From assembly GCA_964304625.1 (NCBI GenBank), contig OZ199838.1, positions 5,281,145 through 5,345,144 of the forward strand: a DNA stretch of 64,000 nucleotides, written 5' to 3'. Numbering within the stretch: position 1 is the stretch's first letter; the number at the start of each line of letters is the position of its first letter. The notes beneath the pieces are model-generated. The model had not been told where the DNA came from and did not search any database. It saw nothing but the letters and a program-made list of their open reading frames with translations. The translations under genes and the position numbers were made by a program. This document shows positions 38,038-51,086 of the stretch, piece by piece. The stretch is from Kudoa neothunni. Its lineage: Eukaryota > Animalia > Cnidaria.

Positions 38038-40592
38038 TCATTGCCATAGAAACACATTCCTCCTAGAGTCAGAGGACAAAATATTTGAGCCCTGATGAGA
38101 CCAAGTCGTACACACTATTGGATAACTATTTTTGAGACCAAATTATTACACCAATATACAATGATAAAATATACGAGTGGCCATCCAAGGTACGACATTC
38201 ATTTTTGGGAACATTCCAAACAAGGACTTGAGAAGTGCGTGAACCAGCTACAATATGTTGGCCATCACAACTACCTCAAAATTTAATATATGGTCGACAA
38301 AGAATGTTTACCTCATACCAATTTTAGCCCAGTCGAACGCAATAGAAAGATAATTGTGACTACAAAACAAACATTTTATTTTATTTATTTATTATAAAAC
38401 ACCTACCTCAAAACTGTAGGTTTGAAGTTCCTCATATCGTAAACATAGATCTTATTATTTCTCGAGGAAACTGCAAAAGTATTGCCTACGATTTATATAT
38501 TTTTACGTAAATAAACATTAAAAAGTACTGGCATAAACTAAGCTAGTGATTTTATCAGGAATATTTATGCTTTTGCTGAGATGTTTGGTTCTAGGCGAGA
38601 TAAAGTTGACTAGCAAAAAATTCAAAAAAACCTTAGATCCCATATTCTACAGCATTTGTCCAAATGAGCACTTATGCCGCTAAATAAAATATTTAATAAT
38701 ATTTGGTCAAATAGGCGGGAATGCAGATAGATGTTTAAATGATACGAGTAGCTTGTTATAGCTGCCAGGTCGATACACGAAGACGGTATATAAAAAGAGA
38801 TTAGGCCTTGATAATTTACATTAAAAAAATTGCAAACATAAATCCATAGGGAAGGCAATTACAGCTAAGTGAAACGGTATCCCATTGCTTAATTTGTCTG
38901 TCTTTTCCTCCAGAAATAACTTTGCTGGAATCGTGTGGTGAAAATTTGGCACTGAGAACTTTGTCCTCATGTCCCATCAAACTGTCAACCAATTTGCACT
39001 CTTCAATATTCCAAATATTGCAGGAACGATCTGAACTACCAGTAAGAATGCGTGTTTCCTAGGAAATTTTCGACGATTTAATTAAGTCTCGATAGGCACA
39101 GAGAATGAGGCCTTACATCTCCGTTGATATCTACCGAATTAACAACTCCACTGCAACCTTTTAGTATTCCATAATACGATAAATCTACCAATTTTACATC
39201 ACCGCTGCACACAATAGCAGTAATGACAAATAATTTGTACCAGATTTTAGTTTGTATACCACCACATTGTCCCCAGTGGATATGCCGGCACAACCTTTAC
39301 CTGCGCTTATATCGTAGATATCATCGTTTAGATTCTTATGCATATATATAGTTATCAATATATTTACATCTTCATTTTGTTTTTATTGGCACAGTAAATA
39401 ATACTCAAACTATAGCAGACTTGGTTGTTAGATAATATATATGAATTCTAAGATCCGGTGAAGAAAAATAATTGTATCAAACAAAGTTAAATTGAAAAGT
39501 TAGGTTATCACAAATATTAACTAATAACACTAGAAATTGGCAATATCACAAGTGTAGATTTTATTATAGTTAATTAACCGTGCCAACGTGCAATAATCAA
39601 TTTAGCGTTACAATCTTCTTGACGATTCTACTAGGGAAGAATGAGCATAATGCTTCTTGCGAATTGAGTGTAATTTTTGAAGAAGACTTGGAACTTTTGG
39701 TGGATTCCACCATTCTTCATATCATACATTGCCAATTTAATCAATATATTGAAAACTACTTTATTTGAAGCTCATTATTACGCAAAACCTCATTTATTTG
39801 TTTTTCTTTTACACGCAATATTTCATTCAGCTAAAGTGATGCTATTTGATAGAACTTCCTTATTGAAATTAACCATATGTTCGTTTTCTTCCTTTAAACT
39901 GAAGATCTCTCGTTCATGTGCCATAAGTACCGACTGTAACACTTTATGTTCTTCCATCAGCTGTTGTTTGGCTTGTTTTTCGTTGGCTAGCAATTCGGTT
40001 AATCGACTGTTTTCCTGTTTGAGTTCATCTACATCCTCTGACATGATCTCATATCTGAATTAATCATTATTATCATTACAGCTAACAAATGATACTTTGT
40101 TGTCATTTGAACCAGTTTTTCTTTGGTTTCATGATAATTTTTTTCACATAAATTCAATTTTTCAATAAGCTAGCCAACAAAAATCTTTCTTTCAATAGTC
40201 ACACATAAATACACAAATACCATTTTATTCTCATTAGAATACTCTTCTAATCTAGCTTGGTGAATAGCAATTGATCTATCCGATGTGAAAATTCCCTCTG
40301 TTATTTTCTAATCCAAAATTTCAACAACCACATTATCATCGCATTCACAATTTTTATGAATGTCTATTACAGATAATGCTTGTTCATTGATATTCGAATA
40401 TTCTTTGATTCGATAAAGATACTCTTGTTGAGAGTACAATAGTTTGAGATCTATTATATTTTTTTATTAATAATAATCAATTAAAATATTACAATCCACA
40501 ATTAAACGTTCATATCTTTGATATTCAGTTCGGTCTCTTTTTTCGATAAGTTTTTTGAAAACAATATTAAACTCTTCGTTTTTTGAACACAT
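38038..40592 (-). CDS. ATG16L1: Autophagy-related protein 16-like (ATG5-binding helix, coiled coil, WD40), multi-exon
   Basis: N-terminal KKLIEKRDRTEYQRYERLI, coiled-coil exon 39823-40044, and WD40 motifs LMGHEDKVLSAKF, ISGGKDRQIKQWD, ISAHLDKCCRIWDLR, DWAK, CDGQHIVAGS, ending VFLWQ*. Some internal exon boundaries not fully resolved. Confidence 0.85.
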
Positions 40593-40917
40593 AGAACCAC
40601 TTCTATGGACTTGTATTAGATATTAATAATAATTATTACCTAGGGGAGTTAAATGTTTTTATTGGATGTGGCCGCGCATAATATTTACGCTATAGTTTCA
40701 TAGAGCACCTATGTACAACCTTTAAATTATTGGATAAATATTCTAAATTGTCATATTTCTGAAAGTTTTTTATAATGTGATTAGATAGAGAATTATACGC
40801 TGTTTTGTTTATTTGTGCGCGTGCGCAAACCCTCGAAATCCTTCTGAAACATCTTTCACTCGCGGTGTCTCACTTTATATTTGTTATTTTCTTTCTATTT
40901 TATCAAAGTTAAATACA

Positions 40918-42985
40918 ATGAGAAACGACAACCCATCAAACGTCTCAGATAATAGTAGGTCCATGCGTAGCGCGCGTTATATTGATCATTTTCCAGTGTT
41001 AAGCTACGAAAATCTTCCTACATTGAATCAAGGGGATATTCAATCGGAAACAATCTCTAACATTGAACGAAAAAATATTGCAAGGTCAATTGTGATCCCC
41101 ACCGACGATACACTTGTAAAACTCAAATTGAGGGAACTATTGGAACCTATTTGTAGGTTTTGAATATTTTTAATTTGAAAATAATGTTGGATTGAAAATT
41201 TAATCCACCTCATTTTGTATTAAATAACCATACTTGGATATTGTAGGTTTATTTGGAGAAGGCCCTGGTGAAAGGCGTGAACGTCTTAGAAATCTTCTTG
41301 TGGATATTGGTATCTATTTTGATGTTTTGTAGGAAATTTTGACTTGTATTTAGATCCTAATTGTTCGTTTAAACGAGTGGAAACCTTTGATGTAGTTTAA
41401 TGAATATTATTAGTTTTGATTTTTTTGTGATGTTGCTGATAGAATTCGAACGATCAAGTGTGGTATCACCCAGGAAGCGATGAGCTGTATGAAGCTAGAC
41501 TGAACCTCTTAGTCTATTCTATTCCCAGGTAGATTTCTCGACAGATCAACAAGACTCAACATGACAATTCCTAATTTGAACTAGAACTCAAAATCGCCTC
41601 ATTCGTGAAGGACTAAACGTACGAATGAGCGAATTCGAAAAAACAGCCAAATCTCAAGAAATTCAAAAAAAATTTAAAGATATTGTCAATGTGGCTAGTC
41701 AAGTGGCAGACGAGCGACCAATATCCACTTGCCTCGTTCATCCCAATAACGAGCATATTTTGACTGGATCCAGAGGCGGATCCATCAAATTGTGGGATAT
41801 TGCCACACTCTCTCCAATTCGCACCTACTACGGTCCACCTGAACATGTAGGCCACTGCTCGTTTCATCCAAATGCTCGCAGTCAGCGGGTTCATTTGGCC
41901 ACTTGTTCCGGTGGTAATGTCAATCTTTGGCATCGCGATATGTATTTTTTGCGAAGGTGATAAATAGTGTTAATTAAATGTTTCATTAGTGACAAACCTA
42001 TCGTATCATTCCCAAAATGTGAGTACAGATTCTCGTCGGTTAATTTTCATCCTTCTGGAAACTTCCTTGCTGCCGCTTGGTAACACACAACCATATCACG
42101 TATTGTAAAACTTATTTTTGATAGTTTTGATCATTCGTGGAGATTTATTGATGTGGAGAGAGAGGTTGAGCTGGTTCATCAGGTAAGCATTTTTTTTTAA
42201 TTTTCGCTTATACATTCACAATATATCGCAGACTGGACATTCAAAAGAATGCTACATCGTGAAATTTCATTGTGATGGATCACTAGCTGTTTCTGCGTAT
42301 ATTTATAGATTTAGCATTAATTGAGGTTATCGATGACAATAATGTTCTGTTTAGCGGTTTTGATTGTCGGGCTCTTGTGTGGGATATTCGAAGTGGACGT
42401 TGTATTCTGTCCCTCGATGGCCACCAAAAGCGTATCGTATCGTTGGATATTGCTAATGACGGGTATAAATCATCTGTTGAGAATTTTATTGCACAAAATC
42501 TAACATCCACTTAGCTATTATGTTGCCTCCGGTGGAGATGATCAAAAGATTATGATTTGGGATCTACGCAAACAACAATGCGTTTATTCTATCGCCGCCC
42601 ACACTAGTGTCATCACTAGTTTAAAGTTTTTTGGTAAGAACATTGTTTTATTTCCTCTTCGCTTTTATAAAGTTATTTTTTCCAATAGATGGTTGTTTGT
42701 TGTCTTCCTCATTTGATGGAACTGCTAAAGTAAATATATACAATTTTTTGTTGGTTTCTAACGCCGAATCGTCTGTATCTAGGTATGGGCTCATCCTGCT
42801 TGGATTCCCCTAGCCACCTTGTCTGGACACAACCAAAAGGTCACATGTGTAGATATGTCTCCAGGTAGTCATTTTTTGCGTCGAACAATTGTAAATAGAA
42901 ACTCAATCAAGATTTCAAGAATATTTTTACCTCTTCCTTTGATCGGACCTTCAAAAAGTGGACAAAAGATGCTTTGTCAGTCTAG
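40918..42985 (+). CDS. PRPF4: U4/U6 snRNP protein Prp4, multi-exon
   Basis: IPTDDTLVKLKLRELLEPIC|LFGEGPGERRERLR, WYHPGSDELYEARL, SQVADERPIS, FHPSGNFL, FDHSWRF, VWDIRSGRCI, SSFDRTFKKW. Confidence 0.95.
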
Positions 42986-43140
42986 CCTCAATTTTATTAG
43001 TTTAAGTGCGTAACTCTATGATGTAATTATACTCAATTTTATTGTTTCGATTATCATATATTTTTAATTCGGTTTCTTTTTTTTGCATTTAATTTTCATT
43101 TTCCTTATTTATAACTTGTCGCTTCTTTTGAAACTTAATA

Positions 43141-43335
43141 CAATGCAGCCTAGGACTTCGACCATAATCCATTCTAGAAGCGTGTTCAAACTCCGAATAA
43201 TTGTTCCCATGCAAAATTATGAAAATTAATTTAATCCATTACCGCTCATCAAATAAATGATTATTTTTATTCTCATTTATTAAAAAACCAGCATGTCATG
43301 TTTATAAAATATATTAATAAAAATGAAATATAGGG
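43141..43335. repeat. Truncated second copy of the 4232-4656 MITE
   Basis: CAATGCAGCCTAGGACTTCGACCATAATCCATTCTAGAAGCGTGTTCAAACTCCG aligns by eye to 4232-4445. Confidence 0.8.
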
Positions 43336-43599
43336 TGTAACTTTAAATCAATACCCCCATTTTTTATCGTTCAGTTTTAAATGACTATAAGTATTACAAA
43401 ACAATACCAAAATCAAGGACTAATTATACAAAAATCAGTAATATAATTTAACATGGTGTTAATACTAAATAGAATCGGAATAGTTATGATTAAACCTAAT
43501 ATATTATTGATTAATTTGGTGTTTATATTATTTATTTTTGGTTCATCTGCCCCGTATACACGTAAGTCTTTCTTAATGAAGGTAGGATTACCGAGAGTT

Positions 43600-43869
43600 T
43601 CAAATACCGCTGTTTTTGACGTAGTGAAGAATTAAATATGTTAATTTTTAAAATCCATCGAGAAATTTAGTCAGATCTAATCGAACACGTTCGTATTTTA
43701 ATTGAAAAAGAATTACATCTTAAACAATTTTGAATTTTATATTGACAAGTAATTTTATTTCAAGTTATACGCAGTTTAATTAAAACATTAATACTTTTGA
43801 AAAAGGTGGGGCACAAAACTTTTTTCAAGAAAAAATGGGAAGCGATAGAAAAACGATTAGGAAATACTG
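43600..43869. repeat. Right end of a hAT element related to 62215-62892
   Basis: Collinear similarity with 62660-62892 (AAATATGTTAATTTTT..TCCATCGA.AAATT; GCGATAGAAAAA.G.TT.GGAA). Confidence 0.7.
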
Positions 43870-44111
43870 GAGTAAAGTATCTTAAATCATATTAAATTAG
43901 TGAGACAAAAATTCAAAATTAAAAGTAACGGATGATCATTTTATCAATGACTAACATAAATTAAACAAATTCATCAATTATTCTTGAAAAAATATTATTC
44001 AGATCCTAAAAAAAGATAATCGTGCGTATTATTGGATATTTATGAAGGTTAATTGAAGATGAGACACTGTGAAAAATAAAATTAGTTTGACGACGAACAG
44101 ATGATATAAGT

Positions 44112-44450
44112 CAGGGGTTCTCAACCAGGGGGTAAATTATGTGGCACCAAAATTGAATAATGACAATTTTAGCATAATGCGGTTTTTTACGTACTTAAAG
44201 ATTTCTAACAAGTTATATCATTCAGGACTATTAAATTCAATGAAGATATTCGTATAAATGTTTAAAATATTTTTAGGGATAGGTATTTAACACATTTATA
44301 AAGCTATTACCAGTCTCTTTCTTGTATGGCTCGTTTATCTTTTGGAAATGTAACCTAATGATACTTAAATAAGCATACAACCTTAAAATAGATATGAAAT
44401 TAGTTTCCAAGTTAAGGAGGTAAATTTAAAAAATCGGTTGAGAAAACCTG
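44112..44450. mobile_element. hAT-type MITE
   Basis: TIRs CAGGGGTTCTCAACC / GGTTGAGAAAACCTG; subterminal GGTAAATT at both ends. Confidence 0.75.
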
Positions 44451-44779
44451 ATAAGATGGTTGGTCATTGCATTGTAAATCTTAAGGCCGCGAGTTCTAGT
44501 CACCCTGCGTTTAGCCGTGCTTTGGCGCTGTGCGTGCCTATCCCGTGATGAAAGCTGTTGTTAAGGTGTACGCCCATTATTATGTTTAATGCATTTAAAA
44601 TATAGTTTAATCCAGTGGAATAGGGAGGGTAAGATTTAACGTTTGAATCGGTTAGGCGTATTAGAAAATAAAAAAACTATAGTGATTTTTAGATAGGATT
44701 GCCGGAGTTGATACGTTTTCGCATTTAATAAAGGTATCTGTACTTTTGGTATGACTTTGAAACCAGCTGGTACGTTTCA

Positions 44780-45770
44780 AGGTCAACGAGTTTTGAGATA
44801 TAATTATCATAAGTGCATGCTACGTAATGAACAAATGTGTTAGAAGACTTGACGCGAAATATTCACTAATATCTCTCAAATAGCTCTAAATGTCTAAATG
44901 ATTATAACGAATTACAAATCTTATTTGGCATCGAGTATCAGAAGATATCGTATCTCTGCTGCAAAATATGGTTGTCTTTCGAGCATGTTTTTAAGAAAAG
45001 ATTGGAAGAATGGACGACTCTTGCGACGTTTCTCTAGATTGAACATCAGAAAACAATGCTGGACCCGCACCATGAATATTTTCGCCTCTCTTTAAAACCA
45101 TAAGTGAAATGTAATATGCTTTTTTAACTTTTATGTTACCCATATTCAATGAGTTCATCGTTGAATTACAAGGGGGGAGTTTAGAGTTAACAAGCTGAGT
45201 AATTCTTTTGAAAATATTATTAAAGTAAAACTTATTTATTTTTTAGGAGAAGTCTGATAAAAAAATAACACCTTCTGGAGAATAAATTTAAAAGACCCAT
45301 CAAATAATACTCCATTGGATAAGTTATATTATGAACCGAAATTAGAATCTACTTAGAATGAAAATGCTACTGAAATAAGTATGCAAGAACTTTCTTCCTT
45401 TGTTACAAAAACTCTGGATTTTAATTTACTACTTTCGAAACAAACACTTCACAAGTTATCGACCATTGCAAAGTTTATGAAGTTACAATTATTTGCAACA
45501 TTGAGTCCTGAAAATGTTAATGAAGGAAAACCCCATTCCATTATATCCCTCTAAAGAGATTTCCAAATATTGTTGCTGAAGATGAGCATTTTAACCTGGA
45601 TATTGAATAAATAGAACACAGCCTGGAGAGTAATGCCCATCAAGTTGAAAAAGACCTAGAGAAATTTGATATGTGGACTCGAATGAAGGAAGTGGAAAAG
45701 TATTTAAGTATCCATTACTGTAAAAATCAATGTTGTTTTTAATTGCTCTACTATATTCTGGATGTTTATT
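44780..45770 (+). mobile_element. Decayed hAT transposase (ZNF862-like subgroup)
   Basis: Remnant EDLTRNIH...NSSKCLNDYNELQILFGIEYQKISYLCCKIWLSFEHVFKKRLEEWTTL matches the S.KR...FQ...K...TRWLS...R.LEQW pattern. Many stops. Confidence 0.65.
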
Positions 45771-47374
45771 CAGAGATGCCAGTTGCTTGAGATGGAATTA
45801 GACCCTTAGAAAATCGAGGGTCGAGGAATATTTTTATAAAACGAAAGTGATTATGTGTTGAAGTGAAGATTATTACGGATTTGGGTAGGGATTTCACGAT
45901 TCCAACGTTTTGTGGTTGTTACTAGTTTTTATCAACATTTTGATATATAATACATTTCAGTAAATTAATGACGTAATATTTCACCTTATATTAAAAAACT
46001 AGGTAATAAATGTTTATTTTTAGGTTTTACACCATTTTTATATTGTTGAGATAAATAATAAAAAAATGCTTTTGACTTATTGACATCCATAATTAATTTT
46101 ATTTTAAATGCTTAAAACTTGTATATTTTGATTTGTGACGATTACTCTACTTTAAAATTAGTTTTAATTGAAAAGTAATTATTAAATATTTTTGTTTTTG
46201 GTTACTTTATATGTATAAACAAAAAGATAATATAATTAATTATTTTTAAATTTTCATGTTGGAATTTTAGAGAAAATATTGTTATAAAATTTTTTAAATC
46301 ATGAATAAACCGCCAGAAAAAATTAACAAACTAAAAACCATGTTAAGGGATGCCATCGTAAAATTGAAACATCTTCGTTCTTATTTTGAATCGAATAAAT
46401 CAGAAAGTTCTGTTTTTAAAATACGAAGTCAAAATTTAACATTTACAAACTTATTACCAACAGATACAAGTAAGAAATTCAGTGAACAACAAACAACTTC
46501 GAATTTGTTAAAGTTATAGAAAAATAATAATTTTTTTGATATGTTTATCAACAACATAGAGATTCCGCGTGAATCCGAATGTGCTCCACTTAAGACTTAT
46601 TTTCAGCTTATGGGTTAATTCTTTTTGATCTGAATTTAATTACATAATGTAATTTTTTGTGATAAGAATAGAAATGAAAAAACTTTTGAAAAGATGTGAA
46701 TTAACAGGACGAATTGTAGGGAACGACTTTATGCCGGATCTTGTATGCGACATCGCCCGAAGTTTGTACACAGATACTGTAGTACTGTAGTTTAGCTGAT
46801 ATTTTAAAAGAAATAGAATAGTTTATTCCAAAAAATAATGCACTGCTGAAATTTGATAAGAAAATTTCTCATAACATTGATTACAAAATTCCACTGTGAA
46901 CGAATCACATAATCATGTTAATATATTGAATTAATCTTTTCGAACTAGAGGATGATCCCTACGCCCTCGAAATCTCGAGGGTCGAGGCCGAGTGTCCTAG
47001 ATGGAATCCATCTGACCAATTAACTAAAATGATGGGAAATATAAATCTATGAGGAGAACGATGATAATGAATTGACATTTTTATAGATACATAGATCCTA
47101 TCAATAATTTTTTCTGTTTCGATTGGTTTTATGTTCCCAGAACTTTATGTTTTGTATTGTTTTTAAAATATTATACCTTTTTAATAATTTTAATAGGATT
47201 TTAAATTTTCTGATACTATTTGATACATTTCTATTAAATTATTTGGTCCGATTTACAAAAAATCGTCTGGCAACCCTGCCTGTAGATGCAGCAAATATTG
47301 GTCACGTGATTAAGAATATAGAGTTTATCCGCTTGGCTGATTAAGCCTTATAATTGGTGATTTCAAAATTTAAA

Positions 47375-50360
47375 ATGAATTACAATGCGGAGAATTTAAC
47401 AGCGGAACAGAAAAGAAGAATTGAACGAAATCATAAAATTGCTCTTGAAAAATTGCGCCTAAAACGGCTACAAAATGCATCAAATGAGCAGCCGAAAAAT
47501 GCATTTGACGTTATTACCAGGGCCGGGAAAACTATGAAAACTCCTGTTGGTAATCTACCGTCAGGATTAAATAAATGTATGAGATGAGACCAGGAAAATA
47601 TAACTAGATTTATTATCTATTTTATCGCTTAAAATTCATCGACACATCAATATTTTTGTTGTTTGTTTACATATTTTATCTATAGCAACCTATATAAAAC
47701 CATCAAAAGGTCCCCTCAATGTGACTCTGTTTTTGAATAAATTGAACGAGTTTGGAGTGCAATTTCCGTTTGATGAGAAATTGGTGCAGCTGTGCAAAAA
47801 TACGGTTGAGAGAAGATATGGTAAATTTTTTGTGGATTTAGAAGAAAATCATTTAAACTAATGACAGATCCACCGAATAAAATGTGGTTTTTCCCGTTGA
47901 AAGAGTATCCCGGTTTTGGTAGATAGTTAAAGTGGCGGTTGTTTTGATAAATTTTTACAGTTCAGCAATTAAAAAAATTACCCATCGCCAATTACCAATT
48001 GGTGGAAATACCCAAGAGCGTTCTTGAACTTCAACTTTCAATTCATTCTCACGCCCACAGCGCCAAAGATATCTCACTCGATAAAATCGATTCTACAATA
48101 ATAAACAGATTGATGCCATTTCAAATTGATGCAGTAAAGTAGTTGCCACTACTAATATTTTCTGCTAACAGTAATTATTTAAAGATTTGCTATATTGAAT
48201 AATGGAAGAATACTACTGGCTGATGACATGGGACTTGGTAAGACCGTCCAAGCATTGGCTATTGCTAGTTATTACCGCGATGAGTGGCCATTGTTAATAG
48301 TAACACCCTCCTCTTTGAGACACACTTGGAAAGAAGTGAGTTTTTTGTAGATTGGTTTTCAGCAGTATTTAATGGAATTATTTTCTTGAGCTGCTGTTTG
48401 TAGGCGATATGTGAGTGGTTATCCACTTTTATTGCTCCTTGTGACATTAACGTGATATATACAGCGAAAGATTTCCACCTAACTCTTCCCATCACTATTG
48501 TCAGTTATGAGCTACTCGCCAAATTTATTGCTATGAACCATGGCATCAAATTCAACATAATAATTGGTGTATCTTAATTATTTTATTGCTGTGATAGATT
48601 TAACTTGAAAATAATCATTTTTATGATTAATAGTTATTGGTTAACATTAACTGTTGGATTATGAATTAAATTTAGGATGAGTCCCATTACTTAAAAAATA
48701 GAAATGCATATAGAACTAAAGCATTTATGAATGTTGCAGTAGTATATGAAAATTATGTGATATGGTGGTCTGACGCTTTGTTAGGGCTGCAAACGAATAA
48801 TTTTGTTATCCGGAACTCCAGCATTATCTAAGCCTGTCGAATTATACGCTCAAATCAAAACCATAGCACCTTCATTTTTCCCCAATTTTCATCTGTTTGG
48901 GGTACGTTATTGTAATGCTACGAAGGTATAGAAATAAGACAGAAAAATTCTTGCATGATTGTTTATTAAAGACAAATTTTGGTTGGACTTACGATGGTTG
49001 TTCAAATGTGAATGAATTGAAGTTTATTCTACAATCCAAACTAATGATAAGGTTCTCCATAGTCATCGATTTGGGAATGATTATAAATAGGCGACTTAAG
49101 TCAGATGTCACTCAAGATTTACCACCAAAAACTCGAAAAATTGTATCATCTTGCACTTACTCACTTGTATATAATCTTAACCTAGATATACCTTGACCCC
49201 ACGCTTATTACCTATTCAAAATTATCGGAATGTAGCAATAGTATAAAGAAAATGAAATCCAAGGTAGTTAGCTTCCAATGTTCAAATTCTGAATAGATAA
49301 AAAGGAGAAATTTTTTCATTAATAACAACTATTTAGGCATCTCTACGATCGAAAATATTGGAATACTTTGGACTGACCGCCAAAGCTAAAGCTGCGGCTG
49401 TTTGGTAGAAGAAAGATTGATCTTCTTTATAGGTTAACGTTGGTTTTGATTTAAGTGACTATATACAAGACAGAATGGAAACTGAAAAAAAATTTATAAT
49501 TTTTGCTCATCACCAGTACATGCTTGATACTATCGAAGAGTTTCTGAGCAGTAAAGTATATCTTACATAGTAGGCCAAATCAACCCTACCACCTTTACCA
49601 ACTATGTCCTGTATTATTAGATCATCCTTAAAACTGAAGTTTTTAGTTTACAGATTCATTTAAATTTAAATTATTTAATTCGTAATTGCGATAATATCTG
49701 AATTTGGAAAGTCTAATTTATAAACATGGTGGATAACATTGAAAATTTTATTGAAGGGATGTGAACATATTCGAATTGATGGTTCCACAAAGCCTCAACT
49801 AAAGCAGCATTATGTTGATCAATTTCAAAATAATCCAAATATTTTGGTAGCCATACTATCAATCACATCGGTGTGTACAGGTCTATATCTTGTTGTTAAC
49901 AACTCAGAATTAAACAATCGGATCAAGGTCTCACAATAACTAATGCAAACTCTGTCGTATTTGCTGAGTTATTCTGGAATCCAGGAGTATTCTTTTTATA
50001 TTCCTAACCGATCATATTGTAACAAAAATACCTTAAACGTTTTAAGATTCTCGCTCAAGCTGAAGATAGAATCTATCGAATAGGCCAAAAATCTGCCGTA
50101 ACCGCTATCTATCTTATTGCCAAATCAACATGTGACGATTATATGTGGCCCCTTATTCGAAGCAAACTTCAAATATTGCAAGGTGTTGGTGTGAATTCAC
50201 ATGATATTTCTAGCGGCTTGTCTATAGATGTTATGGTAATAATAGTGTTGATGAAATGGGGCGTATATTGGTTCGAATCTTTTAGGATTCCACAAAAATT
50301 ACCTTGGACACTTTATTCTCAAACGATGAAGATAATTTTGGGGACCAAACAGAATTTTAA
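47375..50360 (+). CDS. SMARCAL1: SMARCAL1 (HARP) annealing helicase, multi-exon
   Basis: RPA-binding N-terminus [17 protein letters not shown], one HARP-like domain, [60 protein letters not shown]|[14 protein letters not shown]. Confidence 0.95.
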
Positions 50361-50730
50361 TTTATAATTACTTTGACAACTCTGAGATTTTATTAAGCCG
50401 AAATTTTTTTATAAAATATTTTTATTTATAGCCAATATTGAAATCTAAAGTTATTCGCGAAACATCTCATCCTTCTTTAGTGTGTGGGAATAAAGAAAAA
50501 TAATTGATTTAAACTTCAATAATATGGTACGGATATTAAAATTTCATATTATTCCAGCTGTGTAAAATGAATAAATCTCTAATCGTTATCAGAATAACAC
50601 TATAAGTTTACCTTAGCTGTTCCGTGTTATATTTTTTATGTAAATTTAATATATATTGTTTTTAATATTTAACAGATAATCTCTTGATTATTTAAAGTAT
50701 TGGTACTCATTTTGGCAACCACCGATTAAC

Positions 50731-51086
50731 TTAACCCTCTAAGCCAGCGAAAAATTCCATCCTCTAACGGGTATGAGATGAAAAACACACTAGACTTTTT
50801 TCGCTTAAATTTGCTCAAAAATAATTTTGAATTTATTTGAGAATTTTTAGCAAATTCAATCGATAGAATTTGGAGTATATTTATATCTATTACAAACTTA
50901 ATCCGTTTCGGCATTGTTCAAATTAATCATTGTGGATTATTTTAAACGAATAATAAGGCCTTGCGTTAAGTAGTGTAAAAAATAAGTTATTATCTGACTC
51001 ACTACTAAGGGAATATATATGATCAAAGAATTCGCTGAAATCGCTTGTCTTAATTCTCCCTAAGCCCGTTAGAGGATGGAATTTTT
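50731..51086. repeat. Perfect 22-bp inverted repeat behind a TTAA-CCC (piggyBac-like) terminus
   Basis: AAAAATTCCATCCTCTAACGGG at 50750-50771 and its reverse complement at 51065-51086; TTAACCCTCT at 50731. Confidence 0.65.

Noticed and set aside
39677-40063. 128-aa plus-strand ORF
   Set aside because: Antisense to the ATG16L1 coiled-coil exon; reads through introns.
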